A stretch of 44,709 nt of DNA, taken from IMG/VR virus record IMGVR_UViG_3300037424_001364, positions 1 through 44,709 of that record, one strand, 5' to 3'. The position numbers and the translations under genes are program-made. Under the pieces are notes generated by a model. The model was not told the DNA's origin, searched no databases, and was given only the letters and a program-made list of their open reading frames with translations. Of the stretch, positions 26,908 to 34,491 are shown piece after piece. How positions within the stretch are numbered: the stretch's first letter is position 1; each line of letters begins with the position of its first letter. Source of the stretch: a virus. Lineage: Duplodnaviria; Caudoviricetes.

Positions 26908-27108
26908 TTAATAGCCTAATTTCCAACCACAAGTATTACAAAGAAAAGTTCTTCCATCTTCATTTATAACTTCTTCACTCCACTTACCACACTCATCACA
27001 TTTAACATAACCAGCATCCCAAAGTTCTTCACAAATTTTCTGGCATTCATCTTCTGTAATATGGTTACTTAATTCTTTTATTAAGTTTTGAAGTTTCTCT
27101 TTTGTCAT
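26908..27108 (-). CDS. Small zinc-ribbon protein, first gene of the leftward early unit
   Basis: CDECG...CNTCG; AAGGAG RBS. Confidence 0.65.
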   Translation of the reverse strand: MTKEKLQNLIKELSNHITEDECQKICEELWDAGYVKCDECGKWSEEVINEDGRTFLCNTCGWKLGY

Positions 27109-27134
27109 TTTTGTCTCCTTGTTTATCTATATAT

Positions 27135-27163
27135 AGTATATACCTATTAAGTATACTTGTAAA
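27135..27163 (-). promoter_or_regulatory. Sigma70-type promoter TTTACA-17 bp-TATACT
   Basis: -35 at 27163-27158, -10 at 27140-27135, AT-rich upstream tract. Confidence 0.75.
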
Positions 27164-27318
27164 GTAAAAAATAGAGAAAAGACCTGATTTCAGATACTTA
27201 CATAAGTCACTGATTTTATGGGGAAAACACAAAATAATTGGGAAACTGGTTCCCTTTCTGTATTTTTTAGGCAATAGTCCTTTTGTTCACAAATCTATTT
27301 TTTGGGAGAAATAAGTTT

Positions 27319-28296
27319 TTGAAAGAATTATTTATTTTTGGAGCTGGTTATGCAGGACTTATGGCAGCTCATTATTTCTCTTCAAAAGGTTACAAAGTCA
27401 CAGTACTGGAAAAGAAAAGAGAAATCACCAGCAACCATTCAGCCTTGTTTAGATTTAAAGAAGACATCAGCAATATTATTCCTATCAAATTGGAAAAGGT
27501 AATTGTAAGAAAAAATATCTACTATAAGGATACACTTTATAATGAACCTAACATAAAGCTTAATAACCTCTATTCATATAAAACAACAGGGAAGTACACA
27601 GAGCGTTCAATTATGAATTTAGATTCAGGTGTGCGATTTATTCCCTCAGCCACCTATTTTTCTGAATTGATTGAGTTATGTAAAAAGAATGGAGTGACCT
27701 TTGTGACTGGTTATGGGGTTACTCTTGAAGATTTCATAGCTGAAGGGAATAAAATTTCCACACTACCTTTGCCTGTTGTTTTGAATATATTAGGAATTGA
27801 TTGTAAGGATAGATTTGAATCTAAAACTATCAACACAATAAGTGTAGATATAAAACCAGAGTTATTAAATCTTCACCAAACAATTTATTTTCCACAACCA
27901 CAAAATCAGAATCCATTCTATAGGATTTCCATTATTGGTAATAGGATTGTTGGGGAGTTTAGGGATGACAATACACTTTTCCCAATCAATGTCAATATGA
28001 TCTTTAGGGACTTAATTTTTCATTCATTTGGAATTAACAGAGAGATTGTTGAGGGTGGATCAGATTATATCCACAGCAAACAAAAGTTTGGTAAACTTAT
28101 CAAGATAGGTGAAAATAAAAGAAAAGAGTTGGTTTATACAGTTACCAAAATGACTGGTGCATACCTCTTGGGAAGATTTGCAACTTGGAGACAAATAATG
28201 ACTCCAGAAGTAATAAAAGATATTTTAAGAATTGAACAATGGTTTGAATTAGAACAGATGTCAAACTATGATAAACAAAAGGCAGTGAAGTTATGA
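27319..28296 (+). CDS. FAD-dependent oxidoreductase, distantly UDP-galactopyranose mutase (Glf)-like
   Basis: IFGAGYAGLMAA...VTVLEK Rossmann motif; ISTLPL; C-terminal LLGRFATWR; TTG start after GGAG. Confidence 0.75.
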   Translation: MKELFIFGAGYAGLMAAHYFSSKGYKVTVLEKKREITSNHSALFRFKEDISNIIPIKLEKVIVRKNIYYKDTLYNEPNIKLNNLYSYKTTGKYTERSIMNLDSGVRFIPSATYFSELIELCKKNGVTFVTGYGVTLEDFIAEGNKISTLPLPVVLNILGIDCKDRFESKTINTISVDIKPELLNLHQTIYFPQPQNQNPFYRISIIGNRIVGEFRDDNTLFPINVNMIFRDLIFHSFGINREIVEGGSDYIHSKQKFGKLIKIGENKRKELVYTVTKMTGAYLLGRFATWRQIMTPEVIKDILRIEQWFELEQMSNYDKQKAVKL

Positions 28297-28520
28297 AAAA
28301 ATATATAATAGCATGGATCATAACTTTTATCTTTATTGTCACTTCAAATATTTATTGGTATAATAGAGGAATGAATTATATGAGATTCATTCTTGAAAAC
28401 AAATCAGTTTGTTATGAAGGTGAAATCTGGCACTGCTGGTCTAATATTGAAAGATGCAGTAGAGCAACTAATTTACATGAAGCATGTATTGAAAATATAG
28501 GGAGAAATACAAATGAATAA
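28293..28520 (+). CDS. Small membrane-anchored protein
   Basis: N-terminal TM helix; overlaps both neighbours. Confidence 0.55.
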   Translation: MKKYIIAWIITFIFIVTSNIYWYNRGMNYMRFILENKSVCYEGEIWHCWSNIERCSRATNLHEACIENIGRNTNE

Positions 28521-29022
28521 ACCAAATGTTATTTTTGAAAGAATTAAAGAAGATTATGAAACAACCATGACTGCAATTGCTGACAACCTACTAGTAAAAA
28601 GATCAACTCTTTATTCTGTTCTCAAAAAGGGGGAGTTTGATAAGGAAATGGAAGATCAATTGAGAATAATTTATCCTGAAAGCTTCAGATCAACTTTTCC
28701 AGACATTGATATAGATGAAACAACTGCCAAAGAGATTGAGCAATACAACTCTATTCTTGAAGAGGATAATGCCATGCTTTCAGATTCAATGAGAGAAGAG
28801 GCTTATGAAGTAAAGAAGCAAAATAAAAAATTTAATCCACCATTCAAAAACTGTTGGTGTTTGGAAAGATGCTATTTTGTTAAGGTTATGGCAAAGGATT
28901 ATAAAAGGATCAAACCAATTTGCCCAATATGCCAGGGTGAGATGCTTTGTAAAGAAGATAGGGCAAAAGCAAAAGTTGGCCAATCAGAATTATTTTCTAC
29001 TGATGAATTTGAGGGGTTGTAG
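28513..29022 (+). CDS. Protein with an HTH-like N-terminus and a C-terminal Cys cluster
   Basis: MTAIADNLLVKRSTLYSVL; C-C---C...CPIC. Confidence 0.5.
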   Translation: MNKPNVIFERIKEDYETTMTAIADNLLVKRSTLYSVLKKGEFDKEMEDQLRIIYPESFRSTFPDIDIDETTAKEIEQYNSILEEDNAMLSDSMREEAYEVKKQNKKFNPPFKNCWCLERCYFVKVMAKDYKRIKPICPICQGEMLCKEDRAKAKVGQSELFSTDEFEGL

Positions 29023-29023
29023 A

Positions 29024-29839
29024 ATGAAAGTAACATTACTAAACTACACCAAAGATGCCAAAGACTTACTATTGATCACAAAAAATACTCGCCTTTCAGC
29101 TTCCATTGAAGAATCTTTAGTTGAAATGAAAAGTTGGGATGAAGAGAAAAAAGATGCTGAGCTTGATTATATGCTTAAGACTATACAGTCTTCTTGGGAG
29201 TTTGTAGACTACACATTCCTTATTGAGGGAGTTAGTAGGGCTTTCACTCACCAACTTGTTAGAACCAGAACAGCAAGCTTTGCACAACAATCTCAGCGCA
29301 CTGTTGATATGGAAGATTTTGAATATGTTACTCCTAAAAATTTAAAAGGATGTTCTTATTATGAACAAGCAATGAGAAGTATTAATGAGGATTATTTTTA
29401 CTTAAAAGAGTTAGGATTTCCACCTCAAGATGCTCGTGGTATACTTCCTACAAACATTTGCACTTCAATTATAGGAAAATTCAACTTAAGAACCATGAGT
29501 GATATGGCCAAGAAGAGATTGTGCCCAAGGACCCAAGGGGAGTACCAAGATGTCTTTAAGGAGATGAGAAATAAAGTTATTGAAGTTCATCAATGGGCAG
29601 AAAAGTTTATAAGAGTTTATTGTGCTGCTGTTGGAGTTTGCCAGTTTCCTAATTTTTTAGAGTGTCCAATCAAGGGTGGGTTGTTCAATCCTGAGACTGG
29701 TTTGAGATGGGATGGAGTAACTGAATATGAAACAGGCATAGGGATGTTTCCAGAATATCCAAATACATTAGAGCAGATTCAAAAGGATTGGGAGCAGATG
29801 GATTTTGAAGCCACTCCTAAATGGAAGGGACAGTCATGA
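29024..29839 (+). CDS. thyX: ThyX-fold flavin-dependent thymidylate synthase homologue (non-canonical)
   Basis: YTFLIEGVSRAFTHQLVRTRTASFAQQSQR, DARGILP, NLR, RLC-R-Q-E; start reassigned to MKVTLLNYT. Confidence 0.85.
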   Translation: MKVTLLNYTKDAKDLLLITKNTRLSASIEESLVEMKSWDEEKKDAELDYMLKTIQSSWEFVDYTFLIEGVSRAFTHQLVRTRTASFAQQSQRTVDMEDFEYVTPKNLKGCSYYEQAMRSINEDYFYLKELGFPPQDARGILPTNICTSIIGKFNLRTMSDMAKKRLCPRTQGEYQDVFKEMRNKVIEVHQWAEKFIRVYCAAVGVCQFPNFLECPIKGGLFNPETGLRWDGVTEYETGIGMFPEYPNTLEQIQKDWEQMDFEATPKWKGQS

Positions 29840-30060
29840 CAAGGCATTATGTTATTGCTGATGACTATTCTTGGTTACAGCACACAACAGACCCAAAAAG
29901 ATTTGGTCAAATAGTAGAGACTTTTATTATAACAATGAAAAATTCAAGTAAGATGAATTCATATAGAGTATTCACTGAAGACATAACAAAAGATGAGATG
30001 GAAGTAATTGAAAGGAATAAAAAATACTTAATGAATAAAAAACATTTGGGAATTGTATAG
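29821..30060 (+). CDS. Hypothetical protein
   Basis: In-operon packing. Confidence 0.5.
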   Translation: MEGTVMTRHYVIADDYSWLQHTTDPKRFGQIVETFIITMKNSSKMNSYRVFTEDITKDEMEVIERNKKYLMNKKHLGIV

Positions 30061-30452
30061 TGAAAAAAGAGCATTGGAAAAGGGTCCCATTCAATAGGAA
30101 CTACTTGGTGAGCAGTTTTGGTAGAGTTTATTCATTGAAGAATGAAATTCTTTTAAAACCAGAACTTTTAAAAAGTAGAACAGACTATTATTTGAGAGTT
30201 GATATTCAAGGGTTGAGGATACTGCTTCATGTTCTTGTTGCTTTTACTTTTAAGAATGATAAGAAATTTCTTTTTTCAGAAATAATAACCAACCAAGATA
30301 TTCAAGTCAACCACATCAACTTGAATACTTTAGATTGTGCTGCTGATAATGTAGAGTTTTGTACACAAAGTGAAAATCAACTTCACTCTTCTTATTATAG
30401 AAAAATAAAGTTTGGTGGTACTGATTATGTTTTAAAAAGGAGTGGAGAGTGA
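30060..30452 (+). CDS. NUMOD4/HNH homing endonuclease
   Basis: EHWKRVP...YLVSSFGRVYS; HVLVA-TF...VNHIN-N--D----N-E-CT-SEN--H. Confidence 0.85.
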   Translation: MKKEHWKRVPFNRNYLVSSFGRVYSLKNEILLKPELLKSRTDYYLRVDIQGLRILLHVLVAFTFKNDKKFLFSEIITNQDIQVNHINLNTLDCAADNVEFCTQSENQLHSSYYRKIKFGGTDYVLKRSGE

Positions 30453-30646
30453 TCATCAGAAATTCAGATGACTTCTGCAAAGCCTGTAATTTGAAATGGA
30501 AATCAAATCATGGGAATGAATGTTTATACATAACAACAAAAAGAATAATGGATTGTATCCAACTACAATGTTTCAAGTTTGGATATTCAGTAGGATTAAA
30601 AGAATTAAAAATGCTGGGAGGCAAAAATGACACTACCAAAAAATAG
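30449..30646 (+). CDS. Small Cys-containing hypothetical protein
   Basis: RBS; overlap coupling with neighbours. Confidence 0.5.
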   Translation: MIIRNSDDFCKACNLKWKSNHGNECLYITTKRIMDCIQLQCFKFGYSVGLKELKMLGGKNDTTKK

Positions 30647-30875
30647 TTATGAGATGTATGTTAATTACAATCAAATTTTCTTAAGTAGCATTTGTAATGT
30701 TATTGATAATGGTGAAGGTCTGTCTTTAAGAGTTGATTTTAAAGATTGTAACATTCCAGTTTATTTGGATGGGAATAGAAAACATATTTTTCTTACTCAA
30801 TTCTGGGATAGAAGACTAGAACTTAATAACAATAATTCAATGCAATTCCTAATTAATGGTTTTGTTTTAACCTAA
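30627..30875 (+). CDS. Hypothetical protein
   Basis: GGAGG RBS. Confidence 0.55.
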   Translation: MTLPKNSYEMYVNYNQIFLSSICNVIDNGEGLSLRVDFKDCNIPVYLDGNRKHIFLTQFWDRRLELNNNNSMQFLINGFVLT

Positions 30876-30884
30876 GAGGATGAT

Positions 30885-31148
30885 ATGAGTTTGAGTAGAG
30901 AGGAGCAGATAAAAAGAATTAAAAAGACTTTGAACAAAACCACAATTCCAGATGAAACATTAAGTCATCACACAATTGAGGAAAAAATAAAAGCAATTAA
31001 ATGGCAATACCAATATAGGCAGTTTGATGAGAAGACACTTAATTTTGTTGAATCAATTGAAGTCTATTTTGAAAATATGGGAACAATCACCCCAAAACAA
31101 AATGAAGCACTTGATAGAATGATCATTAACAATAGGATAGAAGTATGA
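30885..31148 (+). CDS. Hypothetical protein
   Basis: GAGG RBS; FVESI...ITPKQ--AL motif seen in small phage proteins. Confidence 0.6.
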   Translation: MSLSREEQIKRIKKTLNKTTIPDETLSHHTIEEKIKAIKWQYQYRQFDEKTLNFVESIEVYFENMGTITPKQNEALDRMIINNRIEV

Positions 31149-31345
31149 TGTTTAGAAAATTTAGTATTGATGTGAATGCAGAGAACATTGAAAGAATCAG
31201 GGCCAGAAAAGAAGAGTTGGAAGCAGCTTTAAAAACATGCGCTATTGTTTTTGAAAAGTTCATATTGGACACTTTGAAACTTAATAAAGTTCTCATTGAG
31301 GATTATGAAAAAGGTTCAGAAACAAACTTTATTGAAATGGAGTAG
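31145..31345 (+). CDS. Hypothetical protein
   Basis: ATGA overlap. Confidence 0.5.
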   Translation: MMFRKFSIDVNAENIERIRARKEELEAALKTCAIVFEKFILDTLKLNKVLIEDYEKGSETNFIEME

Positions 31346-31348
31346 ACT

Positions 31349-31576
31349 GTGAACAGAATTGAGTTGGTTGAGAAGATTGGTGGCAGTCTTGCCAAGAGAG
31401 TATTAGGAATGGTCCCAAAAGGCTCAACAATCCTTTTAGCTGAAATGGTTGATTGGAAAAGAACTGGGCAAATGAGCAATTATAGGAATCTTGAGGTTAT
31501 CTATTCTGTTGATGGTTTTGTTAGGAAAACTATAATTGCAGGAAAAAATGGAAGGAGATGCTCATGGTACAAATAG
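31349..31576 (+). CDS. Hypothetical protein
   Basis: GGAG RBS; GTG start. Confidence 0.5.
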   Translation: MNRIELVEKIGGSLAKRVLGMVPKGSTILLAEMVDWKRTGQMSNYRNLEVIYSVDGFVRKTIIAGKNGRRCSWYK

Positions 31577-31899
31577 ATTTGAGTGAAAATGAAAAACAAT
31601 CCTTATTATCAATTGCAAAGAAACTTGGAGAAACAATATCATCTAATGATAATGTTCTTAGTGGATTACTTGAGGCTATAGACAGGCATGAGAAGTCACT
31701 TCAAATTAAGCCTGAAGTAAAGAACATAGATGACTATTTTTATTCTCTTCCTAGAAATACTGTTGAAGATGAATCTTTTTATAAACTTGCAATTAAAAAA
31801 TATGAAGAGTATGGTTGTTGCCCTAAGTGTTTCAATTCCATGATAGCTTGTGGTGACCAATTTGAATGTACAAACTGCGGAATAATTTGGAGGATATAA
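31558..31899 (+). CDS. Protein with a C-terminal zinc ribbon
   Basis: CPKC...FECTNCG. Confidence 0.6.
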   Translation: MLMVQIDLSENEKQSLLSIAKKLGETISSNDNVLSGLLEAIDRHEKSLQIKPEVKNIDDYFYSLPRNTVEDESFYKLAIKKYEEYGCCPKCFNSMIACGDQFECTNCGIIWRI

Positions 31900-31900
31900 T

Positions 31901-32782
31901 ATGGAAATTATAAAAAGAAATTTTGATGTTATTGATACCATCCTAATTGATGGAAGATATATTTCCAAAAAAGTTTTTATAACTTTGCCTTGTTTCAATG
32001 AAGCTGACTTTAAAAAGACTTTTATGAAGTCAATTATGTATCTCTCAACTTGCAAACAGCAATTTCATATCAACTTTATAAGTAACAACCCTGAATTCAA
32101 TGTTAATTCTTGTTCTAAGAGCTTGGATGAATATATCCAAGGTAAGTATAGCATCACTATAATAGGCAATGGCAATACAACAGTCTCGTTTGCTAGAATT
32201 ATTGGACTTAACAATTTTAAACAAGTTCAAGGTGAATTTGACTATTTTTTGACTCTGGATGATGATACATTTCTAAAGTCTGGATGTATTGAAAAATCAA
32301 TTTTTATGCTGGAGGAATCAGGTTATGATTTTCTTGGCCAAGACTTCCTACAAATCAAATCAACCTTGTTTCCATTGTATGGAACTTTTTATGAAAAGAA
32401 AATTAGGAATGAAACTGCCTTTACATTTGGTGCAAACTTCTTTCTTATCAAAGCAGATAAGGCCATATTAGGATGCTATCACCCTAATGTATATCCCAGG
32501 GAGGATGGATACTATCAAGCTACTCTTATGGAGTATGGAGCAAAAGGGTGTAAAGCCAGAATCAATATCAGTCATAAGAGACACAAAAGAAAAATATCAG
32601 AGGATTTTTGCCAAGGCTCAAGTAGATGGATTGAATCTGCTAAGAAGATTTTTGCTGACTTTCCAAACCTTGTTAAAGGATATACCAAGCACGGTTCAAT
32701 TGTTAAAAAGATTAAGTCAAAAGAATTTGCTGATTATGTATATGATGATGAATACTTATACAAAATAGAGAGGAAAAGATGA
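31901..32782 (+). CDS. GT-A fold glycosyltransferase, resembling TET/JBP-associated (GREB1-like) DNA glycosyltransferases
   Basis: SFARIIGL...DYFLTLDDD (DxD), REDGYY...L...G, C-terminal IFADFPNLVK. Confidence 0.7.
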   Translation: MEIIKRNFDVIDTILIDGRYISKKVFITLPCFNEADFKKTFMKSIMYLSTCKQQFHINFISNNPEFNVNSCSKSLDEYIQGKYSITIIGNGNTTVSFARIIGLNNFKQVQGEFDYFLTLDDDTFLKSGCIEKSIFMLEESGYDFLGQDFLQIKSTLFPLYGTFYEKKIRNETAFTFGANFFLIKADKAILGCYHPNVYPREDGYYQATLMEYGAKGCKARINISHKRHKRKISEDFCQGSSRWIESAKKIFADFPNLVKGYTKHGSIVKKIKSKEFADYVYDDEYLYKIERKR

Positions 32783-33309
32783 AAAAAAATGCTGGACACA
32801 TTCTATTAGAGGCTTCAGAAACTTTCAAGCAACGCAATGTTATCTATAAAGACAATTTTTTAAATGTGGGGGCTATATTGAGTGAAGTCTTTCCAGATGG
32901 TCTAACACTAAATGACAAAGATTCTTTTACTCGATTTCAGATGATTCAGATGATTGTAGGGAAACTTACAAGATATGTTGCCAATTGGGATAAAGGTGGA
33001 CACCAAGATAGCATCCATGACCTGACTGTTTATGCTGCTATTTTAGAAAGTATTGATGAGCATTTTGCACAACCTGATAAAGAAGATAGTTGCAATATCA
33101 CCCCCCAAAAAGGTGAAGTTCCAAAAAAATTCTTTGGGATTGACACTGATAAATGTCTACCCATAAAAGGACATCCATTCAGAAATGATAAAAATGGTTC
33201 AGATGAAATGAGATATGCCAAGCCACCAGAACACAAACCAGTAGGTAGATGTTACCAAGAGTCATTGATGAAAGAAACAAAAATTGAAACAGAACAGGAC
33301 TGTTTTTAA
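32779..33309 (+). CDS. All-alpha (MazG-superfamily, DUF6378-like) nucleotide pyrophosphohydrolase / modification-associated protein
   Basis: IL-EA-ETF-QRN--Y-DNF...KLTRY...HQDSIHDL-VYAA. Confidence 0.65.
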   Translation: MKKNAGHILLEASETFKQRNVIYKDNFLNVGAILSEVFPDGLTLNDKDSFTRFQMIQMIVGKLTRYVANWDKGGHQDSIHDLTVYAAILESIDEHFAQPDKEDSCNITPQKGEVPKKFFGIDTDKCLPIKGHPFRNDKNGSDEMRYAKPPEHKPVGRCYQESLMKETKIETEQDCF

Positions 33310-33320
33310 AAAAGGAGATA

Positions 33321-33740
33321 ATGATGTTTAAAGAAAATGAAATTGTAGGTTTTAAAAAATTCAAAGATGGCAACATTGCATTGGCAAAAGTTGTCAGTTG
33401 TGATGAGAAAAATGTTGTGTTAAGTGTTTTATCAAAATACTCATTTATCACAGCAGAATTAACAACAGAGGTTGTTGCCATTGGGGATTCAACTCATGAA
33501 AGAGTATTCAGGATTCCAGACCACATGATTGATTCCCTAGTTGAAGCAGCTATTAAAAAAATTAATGGAGTTGGTGATGTTGTTAAAAAATCTGATTGTG
33601 TTGCTATGGTTAGTAGTATTATTGATGATCCAAGATTGGATGCTGTTTTAACTAAGATTGAGGATCAGATTGAGGTTTTGACAACATTGATGGAAACAAC
33701 AAAAAGTAAAATTGCATCATTGAAAGGAAAGAAACAATGA
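33321..33740 (+). CDS. Hypothetical protein with a C-terminal coiled coil
   Basis: AAGGAG RBS. Confidence 0.6.
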   Translation: MMFKENEIVGFKKFKDGNIALAKVVSCDEKNVVLSVLSKYSFITAELTTEVVAIGDSTHERVFRIPDHMIDSLVEAAIKKINGVGDVVKKSDCVAMVSSIIDDPRLDAVLTKIEDQIEVLTTLMETTKSKIASLKGKKQ

Positions 33741-34282
33741 TTATTTTTGATACTGAAACAACAGGACTAATAGCAAGTGGATTAAAACCACTAAGTGAGC
33801 AACCTGAGATTATTGAGTTTGCTGCAATTAAATTGGATGATCATTCTCTTGAAGAAGTTGGTAGATTTGAATTCATGTGCAGGCCAAGCATCCTGCCACT
33901 ACCAAGGAAGATCACAGAAATAACAGGCATAGAAACTGAAGACCTATTTGACAAAAAACCTTTCAGTTTCTACTTCCCAGAGTTGGCAGAGTTTTTCTTT
34001 GCTGAAAGGTATAGTTTCGCACACAATCATGCTTTTGATACTGGGATGCTAAGTTTAGAGTTGAGAAGATTAAAGGCTCATTATAAGTTCCCATGGACAA
34101 TGAGACCTATATGCACAGTTGCTGCCACATATGGAATTAAAAATTATAGATTGAATCTGCAAAAACTTTACCAACATTTATTTGGGGAATCTTTCCCAGA
34201 AGCTCACAGGGCAATGAATGATGTTCAAGCTCTCACAAAAATTGTGAAAGAACTAATTAAATTAGGAGTTGTTAAATTATGA
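33737..34282 (+). CDS. dnaQ: DEDDh 3'-5' exonuclease (Pol III epsilon-like)
   Basis: FDTETTG, AHN-AFD, AHRAMNDV. Confidence 0.92.
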   Translation: MIIFDTETTGLIASGLKPLSEQPEIIEFAAIKLDDHSLEEVGRFEFMCRPSILPLPRKITEITGIETEDLFDKKPFSFYFPELAEFFFAERYSFAHNHAFDTGMLSLELRRLKAHYKFPWTMRPICTVAATYGIKNYRLNLQKLYQHLFGESFPEAHRAMNDVQALTKIVKELIKLGVVKL

Positions 34283-34491
34283 AAATTCAAGATATGAAAG
34301 ATTTAAAGGTAAGGTACATTACCATTTGTAAAGTGGAAGAATGGGATCATTTTAGTGTAACATTCCAGATGGAAGGTGATGAAGTTTTTTATCATCTTGA
34401 TGATGTTGATAACCTTCATTTTTTAAAACAACATATTGTTAATAAAATTGCATTAATTGAAGAAGGGAAGAATGATAAATTGTTTAGTTAA
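34279..34491 (+). CDS. Hypothetical protein
   Basis: Overlap coupling between dnaQ and dnaE. Confidence 0.5.
   Translation: MKIQDMKDLKVRYITICKVEEWDHFSVTFQMEGDEVFYHLDDVDNLHFLKQHIVNKIALIEEGKNDKLFS

Larger units (their letters stand above)
26633..27135. repeat. 30-bp direct repeat (26633-26662 and 27106-27135) containing a leader, RBS and ATG
   Basis: CATTTTTGTCTCCTTGTTTATCTATATATA occurs twice. Confidence 0.9.

Noticed and set aside
23183-27108. Lysogeny module
   Set aside because: An XRE gene is present, but I see no integrase, transposase or att-like arrangement
28877-29023. N-terminal extension of ThyX
   Set aside because: It overlaps the upstream gene; ThyX-like sequence and an RBS begin at ATG 29024
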